Origin: an uncultured Pseudobdellovibrionaceae bacterium
GTDB lineage: Bacteria > Pseudomonadota > Alphaproteobacteria > Micavibrionales > Micavibrionaceae
Direction of reading: 5' to 3'
Assembly (NCBI GenBank): GCA_964611755.1
Contig: CAZTBB010000007.1
Coordinates: 490 to 64,489 of the forward strand
DNA: 64,000 nucleotides
Part shown: positions 21,517 to 32,398 of the stretch, piece after piece
Numbering within the stretch: the first letter of the stretch is position 1
Layout: each line of letters opens with the position of its first letter
Translations under genes and position numbers: made by a program
The notes under the pieces: generated by a model
The model's database searches: none
What the model was told of the DNA's origin: nothing
Seen by the model: the letters and a program-made list of their open reading frames with translations, nothing else

Positions 21517-24089
21517 CCCACAACCACATTTACAACACGGCCGGGCACGACGATGACTTTGCGTAAAGTCTTGCCCTCCATCGCGCGTTGAACATTGTCT
21601 TGCGCAAGGGCGGCTTGTTCGAACGCATCTTTATCGGCATCTTTTGGCAATGTAATGCTGGCCTTCACTTTGCCATTCACCTGAACACCAATCGTAATGG
21701 TATCGTCACTGAGCAAGGATGTATCTGCCTCCGGCCAGCTTTCTTCGGCTAGTAAGCTTTTATGACCCATTTCTGACCAAAGCTCTTCGGCCAAATGCGG
21801 CATCATCGGTGAGAATAGTTTGACAAGCACTTCGAGGCCCTCACGCATCGCCCACAGATCGGCTGGATCATTGCCCGGAATATGCAGGCCGTTTGATAGT
21901 TCGCGGATGCGTGCCACGGCTTTATTCATGTGGAAGTTTTCAATATCCTCCGCAACGCCCGCGATGGTCTTGTGAACAAGGCGGCGCAATTCTATGGCGC
22001 GGTCTGAAAATTCAGATGGTTTATCAGCGGGCGCGCCCTCTAACTTAGGCAAGGCTTCTGTTACAAGGCGGTGAAGTTTGTTCACATAGCGCCAAGCGCC
22101 TTCAATACCTGATTCCGTCCATTCCAAATCACGTTCCGGCGGCGAATCGGACAGGATAAACAGACGCGCCGCATCGGCGCCATACGCGTCCAGTATGTCT
22201 TCGGGGTCGACGACATTCTTCTTGGATTTGGACATTTTAATGACAGGGCCAACCTCAATATTCAAGCCCGTTGTTGCCTGCTTGGCGGATCCATCGCTGT
22301 CTTTTACGACATCGGTCGGGACAACCCATTCGCCATTTTCATTTTTATAGGTCTCATGCGTGACCATGCCTTGTGTAAACAAGCCCATAAAGGGTTCATC
22401 ACAATCAACAAAGCCGCAATCGCGCATCGCTTTGGTAAAGAAACGCGCATAGAGCAAGTGCAGAACAGCGTGTTCCACGCCGCCAATATATTGCTCAACG
22501 GTGGCGCCGCGCTTCATCCAGTAATTGGCCTTGTCTTTGGAAACAGGCAGATCAGGGTTTTTCGGATCGCAATAGCGGAATTGATACCAGCTGCTCTCGA
22601 AGAATGTATCAAACGTATCAGTCTCGCGCGTGGCGGGCTCGCCTGTTTCGGGGCAGGTTGTGTGTTTCCATGTCGGATGGCGATCCAGCGGATTGCCGGG
22701 CTCGGAGAAATCAACATCTTCGGGCAGCTCAACAGGGAGCTGGTCTTCCGGCACGGGAATACATGCGCCATCCGAATTACGATAAACCACAGGAATGGGG
22801 CAGCCCCAATAACGCTGGCGGCTGACGCCCCAATCACGCAGACGGAATTGCGTTTTACCATGGCCAGTGCCATTTTCTTCGCAGCGTTTGATAACCTCGG
22901 CTTTTGCCTCTTCGATGCTCATCCCGTCAAGCCATTCAGAATTGGCGAGTTTGCCAATACCGGTAAAGGCTTCTTTCTTGATATTGATCTGATCTGTATC
23001 CTCAGGCAGCACAACGGGTAAAATGTCCAGTTTATATTTAGTAGCAAAGTCCCAGTCACGCTGGTCATGGGCAGGCACGCCAAAGATCGCGCCTGTGCCG
23101 TAATCCATCAAAATAAAGTTGGCAATATAGATCGGCACCTCACGGCCCAACAACGGGTGCGTGGCTTTGAAGCCTGTATCAAAGCCTAACTTATCGGCTT
23201 GGGCGATGGCTTCTTCGGATGTGCCTGTGCTTTGGCATTGCTTGATAAAATCATCAAAACCATCCTTGCCCCCAGCCAGTTGTTCGGCCATAGGATGATC
23301 AGGGGCCAGTGCGACAAAGGATGCACCAAATAAGGTATCAGGGCGCGTGGTAAACACGTCGATTTGATCGTCCGAGCCGACAATATCCCATTTGAATTGC
23401 AGACCCACCGATTTTCCGATCCAGTTTTCCTGCATGATGCGGACTTTTTCAGGCCAGCGCTCCAGCTTTTGCAAATCATTCAACAGCTCATCGGCGTAAT
23501 CTGTAATTTTCAAGAACCATTGGTTCAGTTTGCGGCGCTCAACAGGTGCGCCGGTGCGCCAGCCCTTGCCATCAATTACCTGCTCATTGGCCAGCACGGT
23601 GTTATCGACCGGATCCCAATTCACAATGGATTCCTTACGGTAGGCAATGCCTTGTTTAAGGAAATCGAGGAACATTTTTTGCTCATGCTTGTAGTAATCA
23701 GGCAAGCATGTGGCGACTTCCCGGCTCCAATCAATCGAGAGGCCCATGGATTTGAGCTGGTCACGCATGACATCGATATTCTCAAGTGTCCATTTCCCGG
23801 GATGTTGGCCGCGTTCAATCGCCGCGTTTTCCGCCGGCAGGCCAAAAGCGTCCCACCCCATCGGGTGAATGACGTTAAAGCCTTTCATTTTCTTATAGCG
23901 GGCAACAACATCACCCAGTGAATAATTGCGCACATGTCCGACATGGATACGCCCGGACGGGTAGGGGAACATTTCAAGTACGTAATATTTCGGCTTGCTG
24001 TCATCTTCGGTGACGGTAAAACAATCAGCCTCGTCCCAGCGGGCGCGCCATTTTTTCTCGGATTCTTTAATGTTGTATCGATCGCTCAT
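21513..24089 (-). CDS. leuS: Leucine--tRNA ligase
   Basis: 858 aa. HIGH motif '[13 protein letters not shown]', KMSKS motif 'KMSKSKKN'. Confidence 0.98.
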   Translation of the reverse strand: MSDRYNIKESEKKWRARWDEADCFTVTEDDSKPKYYVLEMFPYPSGRIHVGHVRNYSLGDVVARYKKMKGFNVIHPMGWDAFGLPAENAAIERGQHPGKWTLENIDVMRDQLKSMGLSIDWSREVATCLPDYYKHEQKMFLDFLKQGIAYRKESIVNWDPVDNTVLANEQVIDGKGWRTGAPVERRKLNQWFLKITDYADELLNDLQKLERWPEKVRIMQENWIGKSVGLQFKWDIVGSDDQIDVFTTRPDTLFGASFVALAPDHPMAEQLAGGKDGFDDFIKQCQSTGTSEEAIAQADKLGFDTGFKATHPLLGREVPIYIANFILMDYGTGAIFGVPAHDQRDWDFATKYKLDILPVVLPEDTDQINIKKEAFTGIGKLANSEWLDGMSIEEAKAEVIKRCEENGTGHGKTQFRLRDWGVSRQRYWGCPIPVVYRNSDGACIPVPEDQLPVELPEDVDFSEPGNPLDRHPTWKHTTCPETGEPATRETDTFDTFFESSWYQFRYCDPKNPDLPVSKDKANYWMKRGATVEQYIGGVEHAVLHLLYARFFTKAMRDCGFVDCDEPFMGLFTQGMVTHETYKNENGEWVVPTDVVKDSDGSAKQATTGLNIEVGPVIKMSKSKKNVVDPEDILDAYGADAARLFILSDSPPERDLEWTESGIEGAWRYVNKLHRLVTEALPKLEGAPADKPSEFSDRAIELRRLVHKTIAGVAEDIENFHMNKAVARIRELSNGLHIPGNDPADLWAMREGLEVLVKLFSPMMPHLAEELWSEMGHKSLLAEESWPEADTSLLSDDTITIGVQVNGKVKASITLPKDADKDAFEQAALAQDNVQRAMEGKTLRKVIVVPGRVVNVVVG

Positions 24090-24104
24090 AATAAATGCGT
24101 TTTA

Positions 24105-24983
24105 TTACTGATAAACGCTTCTGTAAAGAGAATCATTGAGATCATCATTAAATTGATACCCATTGATCGATTGCTTGTTATCAAGAGCGGTTTTTAAGCC
24201 CGGGTCGGCATAATGGCGCAGATGTGTCAGGATGGCGTTGTTGCTGCCCCCGAAATTATGGCGGTAGTCTTTATATATTTTGGAGATAATCACATCACCA
24301 TTTGGCTTGATCTTAACGCCTCTCTCGGAATTAATGAATTGATGCGCCGCGCGGGTGAGCATGTAGCGCGCATTGCCGGCCGTGAAGGCATTTTTCTGTA
24401 TGTTCGGGGACCCGACAGCCGCATCATTCAGGCCGTAATAGACGCGCTCATCGAGCCAGATATAGCGGATAATCTTATCGCGCACATCATTCAGGTTTAA
24501 ACCTTTGCCTTCAACGGCGATACGGGAATGGTTGTAAACTTCCGGCCCGAGATAGCGGCTATCTATATCTTTGAAAGAGCCAACCGGGTAATTTTCCATG
24601 ACAACCGAAACAACAATCGCATTGTAAAGGTTTAACCAATAGGCCAGTTGTTCGTTGCGATTTAATTTTGTGACGGGAATAGCGGCCAGGCCATTCAAGT
24701 AATTATGAAGAATTTTCTTATCTTCGTTGGAGACACGCGCATAAGCGATTCGGTTGATCCCCTTATTGTCTGTTTCTACATATTTCCCCAAAAACTCATC
24801 CCAAGGAGCATGGCTGACGATGTAGCGGGATTCGGGGTCATATTGCAGCCAGTATTGATCGTAATGGCGATCACCCAGCACCCGCGTAACGGCATTTTCT
24901 GCATAGTAACATCCGCCGAGAAGCATAGTTGTCAGCACAAAGATTGTGAGAGCAAAGCGATGTTTTAACTGCGGATGGAACAT
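24105..24983 (-). CDS. DUF547 domain lipoprotein
   Basis: 292 aa. Lipobox 'LLGGC'. DUF547-like 'QLAYWLNLYNAIVV'. Confidence 0.78.
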   Translation of the reverse strand: MFHPQLKHRFALTIFVLTTMLLGGCYYAENAVTRVLGDRHYDQYWLQYDPESRYIVSHAPWDEFLGKYVETDNKGINRIAYARVSNEDKKILHNYLNGLAAIPVTKLNRNEQLAYWLNLYNAIVVSVVMENYPVGSFKDIDSRYLGPEVYNHSRIAVEGKGLNLNDVRDKIIRYIWLDERVYYGLNDAAVGSPNIQKNAFTAGNARYMLTRAAHQFINSERGVKIKPNGDVIISKIYKDYRHNFGGSNNAILTHLRHYADPGLKTALDNKQSINGYQFNDDLNDSLYRSVYQ

Positions 24984-25038
24984 ATCTAATCCTTCTAACT
25001 TTTATCACATAATTGGCCATAATTGGCCACACCCTGTT

Positions 25039-25575
25039 TTAGGACTCAAGGTCTTGGACGCGCAATTGGCGTGCCCGTGTAAGAATCGTGTCCTCTAACT
25101 GAATTTCGCTATCTCTGGAGGATGAAGCATCAACCCATTTCCCGCCGGAGCGCTTTTGTTTAAAGAGTTTGACCTCAATACCATCTGAGCGGAGCGAGCG
25201 TGAGACAATAAAAATATTGAGCTTAAAGCGCTCATTACTTTTACCTTCCGGTGCATACCAATCCGTCAAAATAACGCCGCCAAAGGGGTCAGCACTGGCC
25301 AGAGGCATAAAGGACGCCGTGTCCAATGCGGCGCGCCAAAGATATTTATTAACGCCAATACCATTATCCTCGGCGCCTTCGTCACGCCCGCCCAAAATGC
25401 GCAGGCCGCCTTCACCAAAGATTGTTTGACGTTCTGCATAAATATCACTGCCGGTAGAATCGCGATCCGCGCCGGTCGGATATTTTGCCTCTTTTTCAAC
25501 GGAACTGCATGATGACAGGCTAAAGGCTGTAAGGCATAGGGCAAAGGCTATGACGTAAAACTTTGTGTGTCTCAT
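25039..25575 (-). CDS. DUF3576-like lipoprotein
   Basis: 178 aa. Lipobox 'LSSC'. 'YLWRAALDTASFMPLASADPFGGVILTDWY' matches my memory of the alphaproteobacterial DUF3576 family. Confidence 0.78.
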   Translation of the reverse strand: MRHTKFYVIAFALCLTAFSLSSCSSVEKEAKYPTGADRDSTGSDIYAERQTIFGEGGLRILGGRDEGAEDNGIGVNKYLWRAALDTASFMPLASADPFGGVILTDWYAPEGKSNERFKLNIFIVSRSLRSDGIEVKLFKQKRSGGKWVDASSSRDSEIQLEDTILTRARQLRVQDLES

Positions 25576-25962
25576 ATATATAAGTGTCCTTAATTATTAA
25601 TTTTTATCTCAAGATCCGGCTTTGCAGGATAAAAGCGAATCCTTTTTTAACGGTGTATACCATTAATAGTGATTAGCAGGAATCAACCATGGGCTCAAGC
25701 GCATCATAGAGCGCATATCTATAGGGCTCTGGATAAGTCTGGCAAAGGCTTAGAAAAGGGATGTTGCAAAAATGCAACGATGAGTGAAATTTTTTCTGTG
25801 ACTTTTTTAATTCAGTTTGACGTTTGGCAGTTTTATTGGCTTACTGTTGTTGTTCTTTGGCAACAAGGGGCAACGTCTTGTGGTTTATTTTCGATTTATA
25901 AAGTTTTAGAAAATAAGCCTTTCTTTATAACAGTAATCATTTTTTGATTGGAGGAAATGATA

Positions 25963-27237
25963 ATGAAAAAACTTCTACTTAGCAGTGCTGCTATCTGTGG
26001 TCTTGCCATGGCTGCCGCTCCTGCACACGCTGAAGGTCTAACATTGGATCTTGGCGGTTACTTCAAAGGCTATGGTGCTTTTGTTGATCAAGATACAGCA
26101 GTTGGTACAGAAGAGCGTGAATTCGATATTCTTCGTACAACTGAACTTCATGCAACTGGTGAAACAACATTGGATAATGGTCTTGTTGTTGGTTTCCACA
26201 TCGAAGGTGAAGCAGACAATGCTGACGGTTTCGAAGTTGAAGAGAGCTATGCTTACTTCTCCGGTACATGGGGTCGCGTAAACTTCGGTGCTGAAAACGG
26301 TGCGGCATACCTTCTACAGGTTGATGCTCCTTCAGCTGACTCAGCTGTTGACGGCGTTCGTCAGTTGATCAACCCAGTTAACTACTCACTAACTGCCGGT
26401 ACTGTTTCTACAGTATTCGCAGGTTTGACTCAAAACGGAATCGTTGTAAACAATACAGGTACAGCGAATGACGTATACTCAAACCTTACATTGGCAACAA
26501 ATGGTGGTGAGTTGGATCTATTCGGTTTCGACTACGATGATGACGTATCATTGTACTCAAACAAGCTTACATACATCACTCCAGTTTTCGCTGGTTTCCA
26601 GGTTGGTGCATCTTACACGCCTGAAAACGACACAAGCGGTACAAACTCAACAGGTGGTGTTAGCCAGGACAACCAGGCTAATGACTACGGTGATGTTCTT
26701 GAAATCGCAGCCCGTTACGAAGGTCAGATCGACTCTGTTGGCGTGATCTTGGGTGCTGGTTTCACACATGCTGAATTGGAAGCTGAGCAAGTTGTTCTTT
26801 TCACAGACACTAACTCAAACCTTACATACACAGCAGGTACAGACACAGTTCTTTCCAAGCGTGACGATCGTCAGTCTTGGAACGTTGGTCTTGACCTAGA
26901 CATCGGTCCTTTCGGTATCGGTGCTGCATACAAACATGACGACCTAGGTATTGATGGTTACGATGCTGACCAAGATACATATGTAGTCGGTGTTGATTAC
27001 ACAACTGGCCCGTTCAAGTTGGGTGCTAGCTACTACAACCAAGATCAAGAGCTTGACGGCTTCTTGGGTGCAAATGCTGGTGAACTTGAAACTGACCGTT
27101 ACACTGGTGGTGTTGTATACACTTACGGTCCGGGCATGACATTCCGTGGTTCAGTGAGCTACATTGAGCACGAAATATCAAACAGCGCAGATGTTGAAGC
27201 AACGTCAGTTCTCTTGGGAACTCACATCAACTTCTAA
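25963..27237 (+). CDS. Outer-membrane porin (Gram-negative porin superfamily)
   Basis: Signal peptide 'MKKLLLSSAAICGLAMAAAPAHA', alternating beta-strand pattern, Gly/Tyr-rich, C-terminal aromatic '...THINF'. GGAGGA RBS 7 nt before ATG 25963. Strong codon bias. Confidence 0.85.
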   Translation: MKKLLLSSAAICGLAMAAAPAHAEGLTLDLGGYFKGYGAFVDQDTAVGTEEREFDILRTTELHATGETTLDNGLVVGFHIEGEADNADGFEVEESYAYFSGTWGRVNFGAENGAAYLLQVDAPSADSAVDGVRQLINPVNYSLTAGTVSTVFAGLTQNGIVVNNTGTANDVYSNLTLATNGGELDLFGFDYDDDVSLYSNKLTYITPVFAGFQVGASYTPENDTSGTNSTGGVSQDNQANDYGDVLEIAARYEGQIDSVGVILGAGFTHAELEAEQVVLFTDTNSNLTYTAGTDTVLSKRDDRQSWNVGLDLDIGPFGIGAAYKHDDLGIDGYDADQDTYVVGVDYTTGPFKLGASYYNQDQELDGFLGANAGELETDRYTGGVVYTYGPGMTFRGSVSYIEHEISNSADVEATSVLLGTHINF

Positions 27238-27275
27238 GCTCATACACAGTTGTGTATAAAGATTTCTTATTTTAC

Positions 27276-27306
27276 GGGGTGTCCCTTGTGGCACCCCCTT
27301 TTTTTA
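27276..27306 (+). terminator. Intrinsic terminator after porin gene
   Basis: ggggtg...cacccc hairpin followed by an 8-T run. Confidence 0.7.
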
Positions 27307-27333
27307 TCTTTTTTCTGCCTGTAATATCGGGGC

Positions 27334-27999
27334 ATGAGCATTGCCGATAATATTGCAGATATTCAAAATAGAATTTCCAAAGCCGCATCCTTGTATGGTG
27401 TTGCTGATCCGGCTACCCAATTAATAGCCGTTAGCAAAAAACAGCCTGATGAGCGCATAGATGAGGCATTGCAAGCGGGTCAGCGCATATTTGGCGAGAA
27501 CCGCGTGCAAGAAGCCATGGAGCGATGGTCTGGTCGCCGTGCGCAATTTCCCGATCTGGAGCTGCATTTGATTGGCCCGTTACAAACCAACAAGGTTAAA
27601 GAGGCGGTCGGGCTTTTTGATGTGATACAAACGCTGGATCGTGAAAAATTGGCGCGTGCACTTGATAAAGAGATGAAAGCGCAGGGGCGCGTTTTGCCCT
27701 GTCTGGTTCAAGTGAATACAGGCGAAGAGGAACAGAAATCGGGAATTCTTCCCGGCAAAGTTTCGGATTTTCTGACATTTTGCCGCGCGGAAACCGGCCT
27801 GGATATTCGGGGTTTGATGTGCATACCCCCCGTGGATGAGCCTGCCGGGCTGCATTTTGCGTTGCTGAAAAAACTGGCAGATGAACATGGGCTTGAGATT
27901 TTAAGCATGGGTATGAGCGCCGATTTTGAAAAGGCCGTGCCGCTTGGCGCGCGTTATATTCGTGTTGGCACATCTGTGTTTGGGGAGCGGGCTTATTAA
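27334..27999 (+). CDS. yggS: YggS family pyridoxal-phosphate homeostasis protein
   Basis: 221 aa. 'LIAVSKKQP', 'FGENRVQEA', 'HLIGPLQTNKVK', 'LSMGMSADFEKAVPLGARYIRVGTSVFG'. Confidence 0.93.
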   Translation: MSIADNIADIQNRISKAASLYGVADPATQLIAVSKKQPDERIDEALQAGQRIFGENRVQEAMERWSGRRAQFPDLELHLIGPLQTNKVKEAVGLFDVIQTLDREKLARALDKEMKAQGRVLPCLVQVNTGEEEQKSGILPGKVSDFLTFCRAETGLDIRGLMCIPPVDEPAGLHFALLKKLADEHGLEILSMGMSADFEKAVPLGARYIRVGTSVFGERAY

Positions 28000-28002
28000 T
28001 GC

Positions 28003-29760
28003 CTATGCTGCGCTTGCAGGCTGGCTTTTATCCTCGGCGCTGACCTCTTTTAAGATCGGGCTATGGCCGGCAGCATCAAGATAGGCGGATTGTTCTTCTT
28101 CAATCCAATTTTCCAGAGATTCATCAGTAAAGCCCAGATCTTTGAGGATGAAAATTGCAATCTCGAGCCCTGGCGGGGCGCCTGAATTATTGAACGGGAT
28201 CATGCCCAACGTGGCAAAACGCACCCCATCGGACGAATTATTGACGGCGACATAACGTTTCAGGCTGGGGTAAATCTTTTTAATAATCGGCGAGAGTCGT
28301 TTCGTCACTTCATAGCGCGGGCTGGCAATACAAATGGCGCGCGCTTTCGCAACGCCAAGTGTGTTCCAGAAGCGTAAATCATCGGTTTGTCCATAGGCCA
28401 CAATATAGCCTGCGGCGGTAGCCTCGAGAAAGCGTTGGCGATCATGATCAACGGCAATATAAGGCACATCATGCGCTTTAAAAGCCCGGGCAAGTGTCTT
28501 TCCAACTTCACTCATGCCAATAATAAAGACGGGCTGGTTGATAACAGGGTTCTTATTGCCGCTTTTCGGGCAATTTGAAATTGTGTTCTCAAGGCCGCGG
28601 CAAATCCCAAGGGAATAGCGATATAAAGCCAGATTTAAGAAAGGCGTGATCAGCATGCTCATCGCCACAGCGGTGATAAGGTTCTGTGTAAGTGCCGCGC
28701 CAAGGCCTGCACTAACGGCCGCCATAGAGAGGATAACAAAGGCAAATTCACTGCCCTGCGCAAGAAGGAAAGAGAATTGCAAAGCGTGATGCGTCGGGCG
28801 GCCAAAGATGAAGACAAGGGCGGTGATAATCGCCGCCTTGGATGCGATCAATAAGATAGTAAAACCAAGGACCGTACCAATATCATTGCCGATGGCAGGC
28901 AGGTCAAGCATCATGCCAACCGTCACAAAGAATAGAGCAATGAGGAGGCTGCGGAAGGGACGCAGCTCTGTTTGTAATAATACGCGGAAAGGCGTTTCTG
29001 CCAAAACCATACCGGCCAGAAAGGCCCCCAATGTCAGGGATAATCCCACCATTTCGGTGGCGGTGGCGGTCACAATCACAATCAAAAGGCCGAGGATGGT
29101 AAACATTTCCGGATCATCATATTTGATGATCATTTTCATCAGCGGGCTGAGGATGTACTGACCCAGCACGATTGCGGCGCCGATTGCCAGAATCGTTTTA
29201 CCGAGGGCAATCAAAACTTCCATGCCCAAATGCCCGTCCCCGCCAATGGCATCGGCAAAAATGAGCAGGAACACGGCAATCACATCCTGGAAAATCAACA
29301 CAGCCTTGGCCGATTGCCCGACCGGCGATTCATTCTGTTTGAGATCGGATATAATTTGCATGACCACGGCCGTGGAGGATAAGGCCAACGCCATACCCGC
29401 CAATAGGGCAATATCCGGTGCCGTTTGGAAAATAAAGGAAATCGCAAAGGCCAGTAAAATACCGCATAGAATCATTTGAAGAGGCGCCAAGCCAAGAAGA
29501 TCCTTACGCAGCGTCCAGGCTGACTTCATCGAAAAATGCAGACCGATATCAAAAAGCAAAAAGACAACCCCAAGCTTGGCCAAGAGTGATGTTGTCTCGC
29601 TTTCTTCAATCAACCCGAAACCGTGGGGGCCAAGGGCAATACCGGCCAATAAAAATCCAACAATCGGACTGATTTTAATAAAGCGCGAGAGGACAATAAC
29701 AAAAAAGCCGGTTCCAAGAAGAACAATGACAGGAATAAGGATATCTAAGCCGTACATCAT
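28003..29760 (-). CDS. CPA2 family monovalent cation:proton antiporter (Kef-type) with RCK/TrkA-N domain
   Basis: 585 aa. About 12 hydrophobic helices, then the Rossmann-like 'VFIIGMSEVGKTLARAF'. Confidence 0.9.
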   Translation of the reverse strand: MMYGLDILIPVIVLLGTGFFVIVLSRFIKISPIVGFLLAGIALGPHGFGLIEESETTSLLAKLGVVFLLFDIGLHFSMKSAWTLRKDLLGLAPLQMILCGILLAFAISFIFQTAPDIALLAGMALALSSTAVVMQIISDLKQNESPVGQSAKAVLIFQDVIAVFLLIFADAIGGDGHLGMEVLIALGKTILAIGAAIVLGQYILSPLMKMIIKYDDPEMFTILGLLIVIVTATATEMVGLSLTLGAFLAGMVLAETPFRVLLQTELRPFRSLLIALFFVTVGMMLDLPAIGNDIGTVLGFTILLIASKAAIITALVFIFGRPTHHALQFSFLLAQGSEFAFVILSMAAVSAGLGAALTQNLITAVAMSMLITPFLNLALYRYSLGICRGLENTISNCPKSGNKNPVINQPVFIIGMSEVGKTLARAFKAHDVPYIAVDHDRQRFLEATAAGYIVAYGQTDDLRFWNTLGVAKARAICIASPRYEVTKRLSPIIKKIYPSLKRYVAVNNSSDGVRFATLGMIPFNNSGAPPGLEIAIFILKDLGFTDESLENWIEEEQSAYLDAAGHSPILKEVSAEDKSQPASAA

Positions 29761-29808
29761 GCCATGATAGCATGAAAAGGTTTAAAAAACGATGCCGCAA
29801 GTTGGGCT

Positions 29809-31191
29809 TTAATGATCTTTACAGTTCTTTGCGCAGCCACGCCAGCTGAGCCAATGAAATAAGCTGCCGCTTATAATATTGACGCTGGCCATGGCAATAA
29901 ATATGCCGGTTATTCCGCCATAATGATCACCAATAAAGACAGCGGGCAGCAAGAGCACAAGCATTTTGACCACAATCATTATGAGCGAGCGCTGTGGCAT
30001 GCCCATCGCATTAAAGGCCGAGGCCCAGCCCATGATCAAATTACCGAAAGCATAGGAAAACGGCACTAGCCAGAAGAAGAGAACGGCATATTCTATTACG
30101 GCAGGCTCGGTTGAGAAGAGCGCTGCAATCGGTTTGCCGAAGGCGGCCAATATCAGCGCCACAAAAAGAGACCATATGACATTAAAGCCAATTGCGAGAG
30201 AGAGGGTTTTGCGCACGCGCTCATAGTTTTCTGCGCCCCAATTCTGTCCAATCACAGGCGCCATGCCGGTGGATAGAGCCATGAGAATGATAAAGGCAAA
30301 GGCCTCAACGCGTGTCACAACCCCGAAGGCGGCAACGGCGCTGGCTCCGTAGGCGGAGATCAATCCAACAATAACCGCATTCACAAAGGGCTGGATCGCA
30401 TTGGTAATACCGGCAGGCAGAGCAATAAAAAGATGTTTTTTGGCAGAGTCCCAGAATAAATCAAAGCGCAAAGCTTGTTTAGGGCAGACCAGTTTCTTTT
30501 TAAAAATGATAATGTAAAGTCCCGCCAGCATCGCGCAGCTATTGCCAAAAATCGTGGCGATTGCGGCTCCTTCAATTTCAAGGCGTGGAAACCCGAATAA
30601 GCCAAAAATCAAAATCGGATCCAGGATCGCATTCACAACCGCAACAACGGTCATAATAATCGCCGGGGTGACCGAATCCCCTGTGGCACGGATTGCGGCA
30701 TTACCAACCATGGGAAGGGTGACAAAGACGGCGCCTGCAAACCAGATCGTCATATAGTCTTTGATGAGGGGCATCATTTCATCATTCGCGCCCATTGCTC
30801 TGAAGATCGGCTCCTGAAAGGCAAGGCCAAGCAGCGCGGTGATCATGCCAAAACCAAGCACGAGCATCAGCCCATGTGAGGTAATGCGCCGAATTTTATT
30901 AAGCCCCTCTTCGTCTTTACTCTGGCCAATCAGGCGCGAGACATTGGAGGACATCGCAATGGCAAAACCGATAAAAACGCTAAACACCATATAGGTGATC
31001 GGAAATGTAAAAGAGATAGCGGCCAGTTCTTTTGTCCCAAGCAGCGCGATAAAATACATATCAACCAATTGGAAGCTGATGATCGCAAAAATGCCCCAGA
31101 TCATGGGAATAGTCATGCGAATCAGATGCTTACTTACGGGCCCCTCTGTGAGGTTGCCTTTTTGCTGATATGGAAGAGGTTTGGCTGTCAT
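29809..31191 (-). CDS. MATE family efflux transporter
   Basis: 460 aa, 12-TM pattern. N-terminal 'LTEGPVSKHLIRMTIPMIWGIFA' is typical of MATE proteins. Confidence 0.88.
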   Translation of the reverse strand: MTAKPLPYQQKGNLTEGPVSKHLIRMTIPMIWGIFAIISFQLVDMYFIALLGTKELAAISFTFPITYMVFSVFIGFAIAMSSNVSRLIGQSKDEEGLNKIRRITSHGLMLVLGFGMITALLGLAFQEPIFRAMGANDEMMPLIKDYMTIWFAGAVFVTLPMVGNAAIRATGDSVTPAIIMTVVAVVNAILDPILIFGLFGFPRLEIEGAAIATIFGNSCAMLAGLYIIIFKKKLVCPKQALRFDLFWDSAKKHLFIALPAGITNAIQPFVNAVIVGLISAYGASAVAAFGVVTRVEAFAFIILMALSTGMAPVIGQNWGAENYERVRKTLSLAIGFNVIWSLFVALILAAFGKPIAALFSTEPAVIEYAVLFFWLVPFSYAFGNLIMGWASAFNAMGMPQRSLIMIVVKMLVLLLPAVFIGDHYGGITGIFIAMASVNIISGSLFHWLSWRGCAKNCKDH

Positions 31192-31324
31192 ATTTTGTTC
31201 TTTGGGTCAGTTCTGGTTTGTAATCGATAAAGAGGGGATAGGCAAGGGCGGTTATTTTATTGTTATGGCCGAATTTTTATTCTAGCCTGCTGGGCGATAC
31301 TACTGATAAGGCTGACAATGTGAA

Positions 31325-32350
31325 ATGAGTGCATCAAAAACCCTTTTATACCCCTTTGCGCAAGGCGCGCTTGCTTATCCAGAGCAGGGTCGCCAGCTTT
31401 ATTTGAATGCGGATGCGGAGGCGCCGGAGTTAAAAAAATTTCCTCATCTGCTTTGTCAGCAATTTTTTAAGCCATCCTATAATGCTCTGGAGGGTTCCGG
31501 ATATAAATTATGCGCCGATTTGAATGATATTGACGGCAAATTCGATATTGTACTGCTACAGGCCAGTAAGTCGGTGCAGGAAACGCAGTTTTACCTAGCC
31601 TATGCGCTCAGCAGCCTTGCCGATGATGGTTTGGTAATGATCGCGGCCGATAACAAAGGCAATGCGGGACGGCTTAAAAAATGGCTGGAGCAACTGGGAA
31701 TTAGTCATTTTGAGCAAGACAGTAAATACAAGGCCAAGGTCTTTTGGGCACGCAAGACATTGGATTGGTCGCTGCATCAGGCGCTTGTGGACCAGTGGCT
31801 TGGTTTTGGTACTCTCTCACAGCAAGAAGCGCATGGCTTATATGCCTGTGCCGGGCTTTACGGGTGGAATAAAATTGACCAAGGATCAAAGTTATTAATT
31901 GAGCATATTCCGGAAAAAATCGGGGGTGTATGTGCCGATTTTGGATGTGGGTATGGATATTTGAGCCATTATTTGGTCAAAAACCATAATAAAATTAAAA
32001 AAATAGATGTTTTTGATGCTGATTATAGAGCAATAGAATCGATAAAGCGCAATTTATCCGAATTTAATGCCGATATTGACTATTTTTGGGATGATTTAAC
32101 CCAGAATAAGCCGATGGGTGCTTACGAGCGTATTATTATGAATCCGCCCTTCCATGAGGGCAAAAAACAAGACAGTGAGATTGGTGTTAATTTTATCCGT
32201 ACAGCGGCAAAATCACTCCGAAATAGAGGCGATTTATATATGGTTGCCAATATTCACCTGCCGTATGAGGCTATTTTGGCTCAAGAATTCACAAAATTTG
32301 ATGTTTTAGCCCGTAAAAATGGCTTTAAAGTGCTTCATGCGGTCAAATGA
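31325..32350 (+). CDS. RsmC/RlmG-like rRNA (guanine-N2) methyltransferase
   Basis: 341 aa. SAM motif 'CADFGCGYGYLS', catalytic 'IIMNPPFHEGK'. Confidence 0.8.
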   Translation: MSASKTLLYPFAQGALAYPEQGRQLYLNADAEAPELKKFPHLLCQQFFKPSYNALEGSGYKLCADLNDIDGKFDIVLLQASKSVQETQFYLAYALSSLADDGLVMIAADNKGNAGRLKKWLEQLGISHFEQDSKYKAKVFWARKTLDWSLHQALVDQWLGFGTLSQQEAHGLYACAGLYGWNKIDQGSKLLIEHIPEKIGGVCADFGCGYGYLSHYLVKNHNKIKKIDVFDADYRAIESIKRNLSEFNADIDYFWDDLTQNKPMGAYERIIMNPPFHEGKKQDSEIGVNFIRTAAKSLRNRGDLYMVANIHLPYEAILAQEFTKFDVLARKNGFKVLHAVK

Positions 32351-32398
32351 GCAAATTTAGGTGCATTTTCATGTAATTAAACGGCATAAACACAGGTT

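Noticed and set aside
25825-25840. sigma54-like TGGCAG-N-TTGGC upstream of the porin (and a TGGCAC...ATTGC inside comM at ~21422)
   Set aside because: The GG-to-GC spacing is off by one nucleotide relative to the -24/-12 consensus, and the second is inside a coding region.
25669-25947. 92-aa ORF in the porin upstream region
   Set aside because: It has no RBS, an odd composition and no motif, and it ends exactly at the porin start region. It is more likely non-coding leader or promoter DNA.
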